Positions 1 to 10,186 of a stretch of DNA of 64,000 bases are shown here, one piece after another (position 1 is the first letter of the stretch; every line of letters begins with the position of its first letter). The DNA lies in NCBI GenBank assembly GCA_965221775.1, contig CBDCSU010000005.1, positions 1 to 64,000 on the forward strand. Reading direction: 5' to 3'. The position numbers were made by a program, and so were the translations under genes. This DNA is from Candidatus Latescibacterota bacterium. GTDB taxonomy: Bacteria; Latescibacterota; UBA2968; UBA8231. The notes below the pieces were generated by a model. It saw only the letters and a list, made by a program, of their open reading frames with translations. It was not told the origin of the DNA and made no database searches.

Positions 1-498
1 CAATATCTGCCCGACCTGCCGGAAGACCGGCGCGACCGGGCGGCGGCGCAATACCTCGCCCGTCCCGGCCACGGCTTGACGGACGACGAACAGCACGAGA
101 TCGCCGCCGAAATCCGCGCCGTGCTCGACCTGCCAGAGGCCCGGCCCCTGTTCGGCCCCGGCTCGATGGCCGAAGCGCCGGTCACCGGCACGGTCGGCGG
201 GGCGGTGATCTCCGGCCAGATCGACCGGCTCGCCATCGGCGCGCAGACGGTCTCCGTCGTCGATTACAAGACCAACCGCCCGCCGCCCGCCGACGCCGCG
301 GCGACTCCGCCGGTGTATCTGCGCCAGATGGCCGCCTACCGGGCCTTGCTGCGCCGCCTCTATCCGGCGCACAGGGTCGACTGTTTCCTGCTCTGGACCG
401 CCGCCCCGCGGCTCATGGCGCTCGCCGATTCGCTGCTCGATCCCTATGCGCCGGACGCGCCCGGAGAGGGTGTAACAGGAGAGGGTGCGGCCGCTTGA
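1..498 (+). CDS. addA: AddA helicase/nuclease, C-terminal nuclease domain (partial, runs off the window)
   Basis: RecB-type nuclease motif GQIDRL...VVDYKTNRPPP...YLRQMAAY; lies immediately upstream of trxA, as is typical in Alphaproteobacteria. Confidence 0.92.
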   Translation, partial: QYLPDLPEDRRDRAAAQYLARPGHGLTDDEQHEIAAEIRAVLDLPEARPLFGPGSMAEAPVTGTVGGAVISGQIDRLAIGAQTVSVVDYKTNRPPPADAAATPPVYLRQMAAYRALLRRLYPAHRVDCFLLWTAAPRLMALADSLLDPYAPDAPGEGVTGEGAAA

Positions 499-618
499 CC
501 GGCCGGCCGGCCGTCGCTAGATCGTAGGCACGCCCCGGGTTCCGATCCGGGGTGTGCAGTGTATGACGGAAGCCGGGCCGCGAGAGCCCCGGCCGCCGAG
601 GAAAGCGATGGGGTAAGC

Positions 619-951
619 ATGGCCTTGAACAACGTGACCGATTCGTCTTTCGACGCCGATGTCCTGCAGTCGTCCACGCCGGTCCTGGTGGATTTCTGGG
701 CGGAATGGTGCGGCCCCTGCAAGCAGATTGCGCCGGCGCTGCAAGACATGGCCGCGGACAAGGACGGTCAGATTTCGATCGCCAAGCTGAACATCGACGA
801 GAATCCGTCGATCCCGCAGCGCTACAACGTGCGCGGCATCCCCACCCTGATGCTGTTCAAGGGTGGTGAGCTGGCGGCCACCAAGGTCGGCGCCCTGCCG
901 AAGAGCAAGCTGTACGAATGGGTCGACAGCGTGCTCGCCGACGGCGCCTGA
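619..951 (+). CDS. trxA: Thioredoxin
   Basis: [14 protein letters not shown] and RGIPTL motifs; ATG at 619 chosen instead of the ORF-track GTG. Confidence 0.96.
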   Translation: MALNNVTDSSFDADVLQSSTPVLVDFWAEWCGPCKQIAPALQDMAADKDGQISIAKLNIDENPSIPQRYNVRGIPTLMLFKGGELAATKVGALPKSKLYEWVDSVLADGA

Positions 952-958
952 CCCGCTT

Positions 959-2263
959 CTATCCTTCCGATAGCGCCAGCGCCTGCCCGATCAGGTAGAG
1001 CGACCCGCAAATCAGGATATCGTCGTCCCCGGCGGCGCGCGCCGCCGCCAGGTCGAGGGCGTGTTCGAGATCCGTTGCGGCGACCGCCTCCGGGGCGCCG
1101 CGGGCGCGCGCCTGCGCCGCCAGTTCCTCCGCCGGGAAACAGCGGTGGCCGGGAACCGGCACCGCCGTGAGCGACGCGCACACCGGCGCCAGCGCCTCCA
1201 GAATCCCGTCCGGGTCCTTGGTTTCCAGCAGGCCGAGGATGGCGTGGACCGGGCGCGCCTGCGCCTGCACCCAATCGGCGAGTGCCTTGGCCGCGGGCGG
1301 ATTGTGCGCGCCGTCCAGCCAGAGCTGCCGGCCGGGTCCGAGCCGGGCCGCGAGGTGGCCGGCCCCGAGGTGCTGAAGCCGGCCCGGCCAGGCGACCGCC
1401 TGCATGGCCTGCGCCCAGTGCCGGTCCTCCAGCCGCGCGACGCCGGACGCATCGGTCAGCGCAACGGCGAAGGCGGCATTGGCGGTCTGGTGGGCGCCGG
1501 GCAGCGCCGGAACCGGCAGGCGGCAGGCGCGGGCCGGGCCGGCGTAGGACCACATCGCTTCGCCCGATGCGGCGGCCGCAGCCTCGAAACGCCACGCCTT
1601 GCCGCATTTGAGCAGCGGCGCGCCGGCTTCGGCGGCGGCGCGTTCGACGACATCCAGCGCAGCGGGCGGCAGGTCGCCGACGACGACGGGAACGCCGGCG
1701 CGCAGGATGCCGGCCTTTTCCGCCGCGACCGCCGCGATCGTGTCGCCGAGATAGCCCTGGTGGTCGAGGCCGATGGAAACGATGCCGGTTGCGGCCGGCC
1801 GTTCGACGACGTTGGTCGCGTCGAGCCGCCCGCCCAGCCCGGTTTCCAGCAGCAGCACGTCGGCCGAAGTCTCGGCGAAGGCCTTGAAGGCGGCGGCGGT
1901 CGTGATCTCGAAGAAGGTGATCGGCGCGCCGCCGTTGGCGCGGTCCGCGGCTTCCAGGACCTCGACCAGCGCCGCATCGCCGATGTCACGGCCGTTCAGA
2001 ACGATCCGTTCGTTGAAGCGCACCAGATGGGGCGAGACATACTGGTGGACCGCGAACCCGGCCGCCTCGAAGGCGGCGCGGCAGAAGGCGAGGACGGAGC
2101 CTTTGCCGTTCGTGCCCGAGACGTGGATGACCGGCGGCAGCCGGTCCTGCGGCCGGCCGAGTTTGGCCAGCAGCGCCTCGATCCGGCCGAGCGACAGGTC
2201 GATGACGCGCGGGTGGAGCGCCGTGAACCGCTCGAGCAGCCGGTCGACGGTTGCGGCGGGCAA
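959..2263 (-). CDS. folC: Folylpolyglutamate synthase/dihydrofolate synthase
   Basis: HVSGTNGKGS, SPHLVRFNERI, TFFEITT, ETGLGGRLDATN, DGAHNP, GSLYL motifs; start (TTG 2263) approximate. Confidence 0.95.
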   Translation of the reverse strand: MPAATVDRLLERFTALHPRVIDLSLGRIEALLAKLGRPQDRLPPVIHVSGTNGKGSVLAFCRAAFEAAGFAVHQYVSPHLVRFNERIVLNGRDIGDAALVEVLEAADRANGGAPITFFEITTAAAFKAFAETSADVLLLETGLGGRLDATNVVERPAATGIVSIGLDHQGYLGDTIAAVAAEKAGILRAGVPVVVGDLPPAALDVVERAAAEAGAPLLKCGKAWRFEAAAAASGEAMWSYAGPARACRLPVPALPGAHQTANAAFAVALTDASGVARLEDRHWAQAMQAVAWPGRLQHLGAGHLAARLGPGRQLWLDGAHNPPAAKALADWVQAQARPVHAILGLLETKDPDGILEALAPVCASLTAVPVPGHRCFPAEELAAQARARGAPEAVAATDLEHALDLAAARAAGDDDILICGSLYLIGQALALSEG

Positions 2264-2271
2264 GGGTGGAA

Positions 2272-3372
2272 TCAGTCGGCGGCGGGTTCGCCGGATTTGT
2301 CCGGCCCGGACGCGTCGCCGGCTGCCTCTTCCGCCGGCTCCCCGGCCGGCTTCACGGACGGCTTCACGGACGGCTCTCCGGCCGGCTTCGCGGACGGCTT
2401 CGGGGCCGGTGCCGCGGTTTCGGCATCGGCTTCGGCCGGCCCGGCCAGCGCCTTCGGCGTTTCCGGCGCGGCCGCGATCTGGCCGGCAGGTTTCAGCGGC
2501 ACGACGTCGGCCGGCGGATTGGGCCGGACCAGGTGGCGCAAGGTGCGGATCAGCGTTTCGCGCATCTCCTGACGCGGCACGACCATATCCACCATGCCGT
2601 GCTCGTGGAGATATTCCGCGCTCTGGAACCCTTCGGGCAGCTTCTCGCGGATCGTGTCCTCGATCACGCGCTTGCCGGCGAAGCCGATGGTTGCGCCCGG
2701 TTCGGCGATCGCGATGTCGCCCAGCATGGCGAACGAGGCGGAAACGCCGCCCGTCGTCGGGTCCGTCATCAGGGAGATGAAGGGCAGCCGCGCCTCGCGC
2801 ACCTCCTGCACGGCGACGACGGTGCGCGGCATCTGCATCAGCGAGAGGATGCCTTCCTGCATCCGCGCCCCGCCCGAGGCCGGAATGGCGATGAGCGGCG
2901 CCTGCTGCAGGACGGCGAGCCGGGCGGCCGCGACGAAGGCCTCGCCGACCGCAACGCCCATCGATCCGCCCATGAAGGAAAAATCGAAGGCCGCGATCAC
3001 GACCTTCATGCCGCCCATCGTGCCGTGGCATACGATCGCCGCATCGCCGCCCGACTCCCGTGCGCCGGTCGCCGCCTGGGCGTCGCGCAGCCGTTCCGAA
3101 TAGCGCTTGCGGTCGCGGAACTTCAGTGGGTCGACGATCGCCTTCGGCGGTTCGATCTCCTGGTACGCGCCGTCATCGAACAGCGCGGCCAGCCGCTCGC
3201 GTGACGCGATGCGCATGTGGTGGCCGCAATGCGGGCAGACCTTCAGGTTGGCGTCCAGCTCGCGATGGAAGATCATCTGGTCGCAGGCGGCGCATTTTAC
3301 CCAGAGATTTTCCGGCACGTCGCGCGTGACCAGGGCGCGGATTTTCGGACGGATGTTTTCAAGCCAGCTCAT
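2272..3372 (-). CDS. accD: Acetyl-CoA carboxylase carboxyltransferase beta subunit with Pro/Ala-rich C-terminal tail
   Basis: LWVKC..C...VCPHC zinc finger, FMGGSMG, SGGARMQEG, PTTGGVSASF. Confidence 0.97.
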   Translation of the reverse strand: MSWLENIRPKIRALVTRDVPENLWVKCAACDQMIFHRELDANLKVCPHCGHHMRIASRERLAALFDDGAYQEIEPPKAIVDPLKFRDRKRYSERLRDAQAATGARESGGDAAIVCHGTMGGMKVVIAAFDFSFMGGSMGVAVGEAFVAAARLAVLQQAPLIAIPASGGARMQEGILSLMQMPRTVVAVQEVREARLPFISLMTDPTTGGVSASFAMLGDIAIAEPGATIGFAGKRVIEDTIREKLPEGFQSAEYLHEHGMVDMVVPRQEMRETLIRTLRHLVRPNPPADVVPLKPAGQIAAAPETPKALAGPAEADAETAAPAPKPSAKPAGEPSVKPSVKPAGEPAEEAAGDASGPDKSGEPAAD

Positions 3373-3445
3373 GGCTCCTCACAGAATTGCCCGCGGGCGC
3401 AGCGGCCGGGGCGTATGTCCCGAAGTGCGGTCCCGCGATGCGCGT

Positions 3446-3742
3446 TCAGCCCGCGCGGACGGCCGGCACGCCGCCGCCCGCCTCGACCTGGCGCTCCAGC
3501 TGCCGGGCCGTGCGCCGGATCTCGCGCGTCTTGCGCCGGCCCTTGCCGCCGGCCAGCCAGGCGACCAGCGCGCCGCCGAGGAAGCCGAGTGCAATGCCGC
3601 CGAACGCCAGCCCGTAAACCGGCAGCGACAACATCAGCGGCGCCGGCCACAGATTCACCGTTGCGGCATGATAGTTGTGGGTCGCGAAGACGATGAAGAC
3701 GATTCCGACCAGCCCGATGACGATCCAACCGATAAGTCTCAT
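3446..3742 (-). CDS. lapA: LapA (lipopolysaccharide assembly protein A) family membrane protein
   Basis: Two TM segments plus basic coiled-coil tail; directly downstream of ihfB. Confidence 0.8.
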   Translation of the reverse strand: MRLIGWIVIGLVGIVFIVFATHNYHAATVNLWPAPLMLSLPVYGLAFGGIALGFLGGALVAWLAGGKGRRKTREIRRTARQLERQVEAGGGVPAVRAG

Positions 3743-3851
3743 ACCGGTGCTCCTGTAAGGCCGCGCCGCGGCGCCGAACCGGGTAGGTGGCGACGGCCCG
3801 CCGCCGGCGCAAGCCGGTCCGGGGCAAGGCGCCGGCCGGTTGCCCCCGGGG

Positions 3852-4142
3852 TCAGTCCGTCCGGTCGGAATTCAGCCGCTCGCGCAGTTCCTTGCCCGTC
3901 TTGAAATAGGGCACGCGCTTGCGGGCGACATGGACGGTCGCGCCGGTGCGCGGGTTGCGCCCGGTGCGCGGCGCACGGTCCTTGACCGAAAAGGCGCCGA
4001 AACCGCGCAGTTCAACGCGGTCGCCGCGTTCCAGCGCATCGGAGATTTCATCGAACACCGTCGTCACGATGCGTTCGAAGACCCTCGCCTTCAGATCCGG
4101 GTGCCGTTCGGCCAGCCGGGCGATCAGTTCCGACTTCGTCAT
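3852..4142 (-). CDS. ihfB: Integration host factor beta subunit
   Basis: MTKSELI...[10 protein letters not shown]...GRNPRTG...[14 protein letters not shown]. Confidence 0.97.
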   Translation of the reverse strand: MTKSELIARLAERHPDLKARVFERIVTTVFDEISDALERGDRVELRGFGAFSVKDRAPRTGRNPRTGATVHVARKRVPYFKTGKELRERLNSDRTD

Positions 4143-4437
4143 GGCAAGTGCGAACGCTCCCAAACGCGGCAAAAGGATTCCGGAACGGTCGCGAGCCAGT
4201 CCGAACATTGCCTGCGCACTGTCCCCAACCTGAAGGAAAGAGTGCCAAAGGGGCGCGCCAAGGTCAAGACTAAGTCTCTAAGAAATAACTATCTTTATGT
4301 TACCGCTGCATACAGGCCCGGCAGGGATGCGCCTGCGGCGGCGTGCGGCCGGCGCCGCGGATTGCCGGCGCGAACGCCAGCGCCGCAATTCCTTCGGACC
4401 GGCCGGAATGCGGCCATAGGGAGCGGCGCGGCCGCCC

Positions 4438-4466
4438 TTGACCTTTTGCATTTTCCGCCTTTATAC
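4438..4466 (+). promoter_or_regulatory. Putative sigma-70 promoter for rpsT
   Basis: TTGACC-N17-TTATAC about 75 bp upstream of the rpsT ATG. Confidence 0.55.
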
Positions 4467-4541
4467 CGCCCATTCCGCGCGCCGCCGCTGCCCGGCCGGC
4501 GCGCGTTTCACGCCGACGACGAACCGGACCGAAGAGAGAAG

Positions 4542-4805
4542 ATGGCCCACCACAAATCGGCCAGGAAGCGCATCCGCCGCAACGGCGCAAAGGCGCAGGT
4601 CAACACCGCCCGGCGCAGCCGGGTGCGCGGATATCTGAAAAAGGTGGAACTCGCGATTTCCGCCGGCGACCCGGAGGCGGCGCGCGACGCGCTCAAATCC
4701 GCCCAGCCGGAAATCATGCGCGGCGTGACCAAGGGTATCCTGCATCGCAACACCGCATCGCGGCGGATCAGCCGCCTGAACGCCCGTATCAAGGCGATGT
4801 CCTGA
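4542..4805 (+). CDS. rpsT: 30S ribosomal protein S20
   Basis: [12 protein letters not shown]...[16 protein letters not shown]. Confidence 0.97.
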   Translation: MAHHKSARKRIRRNGAKAQVNTARRSRVRGYLKKVELAISAGDPEAARDALKSAQPEIMRGVTKGILHRNTASRRISRLNARIKAMS

Positions 4806-5013
4806 CGCTGCGCGGCGTGGCGCAGGCTGCGCCGGGCCGCCGGCAGGACAGGCAGGTCGTTCGTCCCCAGAGCATCGGGTTTCCCCGGTCCGCGCACGGC
4901 CACATGCTGCTGCACCTATTGAATTTTGCAGCGCAACACAAATATCTCGCATCGCAACCCAGAAATCTCCGGGAAATCCCCCAGAAATCCCCCAGAAATT
5001 TAAGGAGGCCTAC

Positions 5014-5478
5014 ATGCCGGACGGATCCGGTGACCGGACGGTGCAGGAACTGCTCTCCAGCTGTACCTGCCAGAACCTGCGCCAGGCGACGCGGGTCGTG
5101 ACCCAGCACTACGAACAGGCGATGGAGCCGATCGGCCTGAAGATTACGCAGCTTCCGGTGCTGGCGGCAGCGGCGGCGAAAGGCCCGGTTCCGATGAGCC
5201 GGCTGGCGGAAACGCTGGTCATGGACCGCACGACCCTGACGCGCAACCTGCAGCCGCTGGAGCGCGCCGGCCTGGTGGCGGTTGCGTCCGGAGACGACCG
5301 GCGTGCGCGTCTTGTCAGCGCAACCCCGAAGGGCCTCGACGCGCTCGAAGCGGCGCTGCCCCTGTGGAAGCAGGCCCAGTCCGGCATGGTCGAAGCGCTG
5401 GGGCGCTTCAAGTGGGGCGTCCTGATGGAGAATCTGCGCCTGACCGTGGACGCGACCCGGAAATCGGCTCCCGACTGA
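5014..5478 (+). CDS. MarR-family transcriptional regulator
   Basis: CTCQNLRQATR, MDRTTLTRNL winged HTH, DRRAR; AAGGAGG RBS. Confidence 0.92.
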   Translation: MPDGSGDRTVQELLSSCTCQNLRQATRVVTQHYEQAMEPIGLKITQLPVLAAAAAKGPVPMSRLAETLVMDRTTLTRNLQPLERAGLVAVASGDDRRARLVSATPKGLDALEAALPLWKQAQSGMVEALGRFKWGVLMENLRLTVDATRKSAPD

Positions 5479-5621
5479 GGCCGCCGCGACAGGCCTGAGA
5501 TCGCCATGGGGCCGACCCGTCATCGGCCGGCGCCCCGCGCGGCGCCGGTTCCGCCCGGCCGGCGAACGGTCTAGACTCCGGTTCGCCGCTGCCCGCCGAC
5601 CGACCGCCGTCCGACCGCCCC

Positions 5622-6122
5622 ATGCCGGAAATCGACCTTCACGCCCTGCCGGAACACCTGCCGCCCGGCGCGCCGGCGATGGGCCTCGACGTCGGCGCCA
5701 GAACGGTCGGCCTCGCCATCTCGGACCGCACGCGCACTATCGCATCGCCACTGGTCACGGTGCGCCGGAAGAAATTCGCCGCCGATGCCGCAGCGATCGC
5801 AGCGCAGGTCGCCGGGCGCGGCGCGGCCGCCCTGGTCTACGGATTGCCGGTCAACATGGACGGCGCCGAAGGGCCGCGCTGCCAGTCGGTCCGGCAATTC
5901 GCGCGCAACCTGGACGGCCGGCTGCCGCTGCCCTACGCCTTCTGGGACGAACGCCTGTCGACCGCGGCGGTCGAGCGGTTGCTGATCGACGAAGCGGATA
6001 TGACCCGCAAGCGCCGCGCGGAGGTGGTAGACAAGGCGGCGGCGGCGTGGATCCTCCAGGGCGCCCTGGACGCCCTGAGAGCGGAGGCGGCCCGGGAGCG
6101 GCCGCCGCAGGATCCAGCCTGA
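5622..6122 (+). CDS. ruvX: YqgF/RuvX nuclease
   Basis: MGLDVGARTVGLAISD, GLP.NMDG, WDERLST, VDKAAAAWILQ. Confidence 0.95.
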   Translation: MPEIDLHALPEHLPPGAPAMGLDVGARTVGLAISDRTRTIASPLVTVRRKKFAADAAAIAAQVAGRGAAALVYGLPVNMDGAEGPRCQSVRQFARNLDGRLPLPYAFWDERLSTAAVERLLIDEADMTRKRRAEVVDKAAAAWILQGALDALRAEAARERPPQDPA

Positions 6123-6143
6123 CGGCGCCGCGGCGGAGATCCC

Positions 6144-7076
6144 GTGTCCGAGACCTTCACAGCAATCGCCCCGGTCGTCGTCCTGATCCTGCTGGGCTGG
6201 GCCTTGCGCCGGGCCGAGTTCGCGCCCGAAGCCTTCTGGACCGGCCTCGACCGGCTGACCTATTTCATCCTGCTGCCCTGCCTGCTGGTCAACGGACTGG
6301 CCGGCGCAAATCTGGGCGAGCTGCCGGTGGGCGACGCCGTGCTGGCGGCCGGCGCGGGCGTGCTGGCGGCGGTCGTGCTGATGCACGCGCTCCGGCGCGT
6401 CGTCGCGCCCAAGCCCGGCGCCTACGGCGCGCTGGTGCAATGCGGCCTGCGCGGCAACAACTATCCGGTCCTGGCGATCGTCGTCACGCTGTTCGACGAT
6501 GTCGGCCTCTCCGCCTTCGCGCTGTCGCTGATCGCCTTCGTGCCCCTGACCAACCTGATCAGCGTCATCGCGCTGGTGCGGACGGGCAGCGGCAAGGGGT
6601 CGGCGGCGAACGCCCTGGGGCCGATCGTGCGCGAGATCCTGCTCAACCCGATCCTGATCGCCGTTGCTCTGGGCCTCGCGATCAATGTCGCCGATACCGG
6701 CATCCCCGGCCCGGCGGACACTATCCTGGAGGTCCTCGGCCGGGCCGCCCTGCCGCTCGGACTGCTGGCGGTCGGCGCCGGCCTCGCCTTCGACGCCACG
6801 GCCGGAAGCGGGCGCGCCGTGCTGGCGTCCATGGCCGTCAAGCTGCTGCTCCTGCCGGCTCTCGTGCTGATCGGCCTCGACATGCTGGAGATCGGGGGCA
6901 CCTATGCCACGGCGCTGCTGATCCACGCCGCGGTGCCCTGCTCCGTATCGACCTATGCGTTCGCCCGGCAGCTGCGCGGCGATGCGAAGACGACGGCGGC
7001 CATGATCGCCGCGCAGACGGTGGTCAGCATCGTCACCCTGCCGTTCTGGCTCTGGCTGGCTACGGAGTTTCTGTAG
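6144..7076 (+). CDS. AEC (auxin efflux carrier) family transporter
   Basis: About 10 TM segments; LTYFILLPCLL, NPILIA, PLGLLAVGAGL, KLLLLP motifs. Confidence 0.88.
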   Translation: MSETFTAIAPVVVLILLGWALRRAEFAPEAFWTGLDRLTYFILLPCLLVNGLAGANLGELPVGDAVLAAGAGVLAAVVLMHALRRVVAPKPGAYGALVQCGLRGNNYPVLAIVVTLFDDVGLSAFALSLIAFVPLTNLISVIALVRTGSGKGSAANALGPIVREILLNPILIAVALGLAINVADTGIPGPADTILEVLGRAALPLGLLAVGAGLAFDATAGSGRAVLASMAVKLLLLPALVLIGLDMLEIGGTYATALLIHAAVPCSVSTYAFARQLRGDAKTTAAMIAAQTVVSIVTLPFWLWLATEFL

Positions 7077-7091
7077 GGCGGGGGCTCCGGC

Positions 7092-8405
7092 TCAATTCAT
7101 GATCGCGTCCGGCAGCCACAGCGGGATTTCCGGCACGAACATCACGACGAAGGTGACGACCAGGATCACGAAGAAGAAATGCTTGCCGTGCTTCCACCAT
7201 TCGAAAACGGTGGTGTCGAGCAGGCGGCAGGCGAACAGGGTCTGGACCCCGACCGGCGGCGTCAGGTTCGCGAGCAGGATGATCATGCTGAAGCTCACCC
7301 CGTAGTGGATGGGGTCGATGCCGAGGCTCTGGGCCGACGGCAGCATCAGCGGCACGAAGATCAGCATGATCGGCACGGCCTCGATAAAGAAGCCCATCAC
7401 GAAGAAAACGGCAAAATTCAGGAGCAGGAATTCGGTCGGCGTAAAGGCGCCGGCCTTGAAGAATTGTTCGACGACGTCCGCCAGGTTCAGCCGCACGATC
7501 AGCACGCCGAACACGGCTGCGCCTGCCACCAGGAACAGGTAGCTCATGGAGCTCAGCAGATTGCGGCTGAAGGAATCGGCCAGGCCGGTCATGCTGGTGC
7601 CGGCCCGGAATATGGTGAAGCCGAGGAACAGCGCGAAGACGATGCCCGCTGCGCCCGCCTCGACCGGCGAGAAGATGCCGAAGCGCATGCCGCCGAGGAT
7701 AAAGATCGGAATCGCCAGGCCGACGAGCGCCGCGGCCGGCGAGCCGCTGCGCCGGCGATAGACCCTCGGCGCGCCGGCCGCCGCGCCGGCCGCGGCCGGT
7801 TTCGCGGTTTCGTAGCGTTTTTGCAGGAACGCCGCGACGATCATCAACCCGATGGCGACCATGATACCCGGCGCGATTCCCGCGATCCACAGGCGCAGGA
7901 TCGAGATTTCGCCGGCAAGGCCCAGGATCAGCAGGACGTTGCTCGGCGGGATCAGGGCGCCGATCAGCCCGGCGCAGGAGATCAGCCCGGCCAGGTAGCC
8001 CCGGGCATAGCCGATCCGCTCCATCTCGTCCCGGAACATGGAGCTGAGCATCCCGGCCTCGGCCAGGGTCGAGCCGGTCATCCCGCCCATGAACAGCGAG
8101 GAGACGATCAGGACCTGGGACGTGCCGCCCCGGACGCGCCGGCCGATGACCTCGCCGAACCAGACCACGCCGCGGGCGACGCCGATATCCGACAGCACGC
8201 CGCCGAAAATGATGAAGAGCGGCAGCGCCAGCCACGCGAAGTTGCCGAGCACGCCCATCACGGCGATCGGCGATCCCAGCAGCGGAATGCCGGCCACCAG
8301 CATGCCGACGACGCCGGCCAGCCCCATGGCGGCGGCCAGCGGCACGCCGAAAATCGCCAGCGAGAACAGAACGCCGAAGGCGATCCCGCCGGCGATCAGT
8401 TCCAT
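7092..8405 (-). CDS. TRAP transporter large permease (DctM)
   Basis: LALPLF, LIPPS, GIDPIHYG, LTPPVG motifs. Confidence 0.93.
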   Translation of the reverse strand: MELIAGGIAFGVLFSLAIFGVPLAAAMGLAGVVGMLVAGIPLLGSPIAVMGVLGNFAWLALPLFIIFGGVLSDIGVARGVVWFGEVIGRRVRGGTSQVLIVSSLFMGGMTGSTLAEAGMLSSMFRDEMERIGYARGYLAGLISCAGLIGALIPPSNVLLILGLAGEISILRLWIAGIAPGIMVAIGLMIVAAFLQKRYETAKPAAAGAAAGAPRVYRRRSGSPAAALVGLAIPIFILGGMRFGIFSPVEAGAAGIVFALFLGFTIFRAGTSMTGLADSFSRNLLSSMSYLFLVAGAAVFGVLIVRLNLADVVEQFFKAGAFTPTEFLLLNFAVFFVMGFFIEAVPIMLIFVPLMLPSAQSLGIDPIHYGVSFSMIILLANLTPPVGVQTLFACRLLDTTVFEWWKHGKHFFFVILVVTFVVMFVPEIPLWLPDAIMN

Positions 8406-8857
8406 CGGCGGAGTCCCCGCAGGAGGTATTTGCCGAACTTGGCGAGGATCGTTACGCCGCCGCCGACCAGGATGGCGTAGTAGCCGACCTCGATCGGCCA
8501 GCCGAGCGCGGCGTATTTCGAGAACATCCTGGGCAGCAGGGCCCAGGTCGACCAGACGAGGAAGCCGACGAACAGGACGATGGCGGTATCCTCGAGGATT
8601 TCCTGCAGCCGGGGCGGCAGATCGAGGATCTGGACCTTGATGTGGCTGTTGTCCTGGTCGATGGCGAAGACGCTCAGGAACACCAGCCAGATCATGATGA
8701 TGACGCTGAGTTCCTCGACCCAGGAAATGCCCAGCGCACCGTCGAGCACGAAACGGTCGACGATGTTGACGAACAGCAGCGCGATCACGGCGGCGATCGC
8801 CGGAACGAAGAGGTATTTCCGGATCCGCCCGCTCAGCCTCAGGACCCGTTCCTGCAT
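8396..8857 (-). CDS. TRAP transporter small permease (DctQ)
   Basis: 4 TM segments, SWVEEL...W..FL...HI motif; lies between dctP and dctM. Confidence 0.9.
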   Translation of the reverse strand: MQERVLRLSGRIRKYLFVPAIAAVIALLFVNIVDRFVLDGALGISWVEELSVIIMIWLVFLSVFAIDQDNSHIKVQILDLPPRLQEILEDTAIVLFVGFLVWSTWALLPRMFSKYAALGWPIEVGYYAILVGGGVTILAKFGKYLLRGLRRWN

Positions 8858-8967
8858 GTCACGCGCCTCGTTGCAGGCCGGCGCCGGCCCGGACGAAACC
8901 GCCCGAAACGGCCGGGGCCGCCTCGGGCGGAATCGGATTCATCGGACCGGCGGCCCGTCGCTGCGGG

Positions 8968-10011
8968 CTATTTGAGCATGCCGGCTTTCCGCAGACGGGC
9001 CAGCAGCGCGGGCGGCGTGTATTTCGCCACATCCTTGCTCTTGTAGACGCTCTCGCTGGCCTTTTGCCACATCGCCGCCTGTTCGGGCGTCAGATCGATG
9101 ATCTCGGCGCCGCGCTTGGTGATCGCGTCGCGGAAGGCCTGGTGCGCCTCCTGGTCGACCTTCATCTCGTAGAGGGCGGCTTCCTCGCCGACCTCGGTCA
9201 TGACCTTGCGGATGTCCGCCGGCAGCTTGTTCCAGAAATCGACCCGGACCCACATGACCTGCGGCAGATACTGGAAATTCACCATGGTGATGTGCTTGGC
9301 GATTTCGTCGAAGCCGACATTGTGGATGTGCGGGATCGGGATCTGCACGCCCTCGAACACGCCCTGGCTGAAGCCGGTGAAGGTGTCGGCCCACGGCACC
9401 GGGACCGGATTGGCGCCCCAGGCCTTGTTGATGACGATGTCGAGCGGCGCGAGGCTGACGCGCTGCTTGGTGTTCTTGATGTCGGCCGGGACGACGAGCC
9501 GGACCTTGCGGGTCGCGATCGCCCGGGCGCCGCCGTTGCTCGGCATGATGTAGACCAGCTTGAGGCCGGTCTCCTTCTCGACCCTGGCCTGGATCTCCTT
9601 GCCGACGTCGCTGTTGATCATCTGGAGCAGCTGGCGCGGCCCGGTCTTGAGGTCGCCGCTGACGATGAAGGGCAGGTTGACCCAGTCGTAGTGCCGGGTG
9701 AACACGCCGACCGTGGACGTACCGGCGGCTGCGAAATCGATCGATCCGGCGAGCAGCGCCTCGAGCGCCTTCTCTTCCTGATAGAGGCTGCCGCTGTGGT
9801 GAATCTTGAACTTGACCCGGCCGTTGGTCCGCTTCTCGACCTCAGCGGCGAAGAAGTTGACCGCCTTGCCCGACGAAATTTTCGGGCTGGGATAGCCGGC
9901 ATAGGTGAATTTGAATTCCTGGGCCTGCGGCGCCTGGCTCGCCAGCGCCGTTCCCGCCAGCGCCATCGCGGCGAAAACCGCAGACTTTTCAATATGCTTC
10001 CAGATCGACAC
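8968..10011 (-). CDS. TRAP transporter solute-binding protein (DctP)
   Basis: Signal peptide; VEKRTNGRV, WGANPVPVPWAD, FWNKLPAD motifs. Confidence 0.92.
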   Translation of the reverse strand: MSIWKHIEKSAVFAAMALAGTALASQAPQAQEFKFTYAGYPSPKISSGKAVNFFAAEVEKRTNGRVKFKIHHSGSLYQEEKALEALLAGSIDFAAAGTSTVGVFTRHYDWVNLPFIVSGDLKTGPRQLLQMINSDVGKEIQARVEKETGLKLVYIMPSNGGARAIATRKVRLVVPADIKNTKQRVSLAPLDIVINKAWGANPVPVPWADTFTGFSQGVFEGVQIPIPHIHNVGFDEIAKHITMVNFQYLPQVMWVRVDFWNKLPADIRKVMTEVGEEAALYEMKVDQEAHQAFRDAITKRGAEIIDLTPEQAAMWQKASESVYKSKDVAKYTPPALLARLRKAGMLK

Positions 10012-10186
10012 GATCGAATTCCTCCCTTTCGCTAAAATGCCCCTCGGTCGAGGGGCGCGGCATTGTCAGGGTGCCCCTACACCCTGTCAAGCTGACCCCG
10101 GACATGGCTGCGTCCCGGACCGCGGCCGCAGGATCGGCGAGCGGAAATTCCGCGGCGCCGGCCCGGATTGGGGCGGCGGGCCGGGT

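Noticed and set aside
4958-5000. Tandem CCAGAAATCCCC units upstream of marR
   Set aside because: Only about three degenerate 12-mers; could be slippage or an operator, but no further support.
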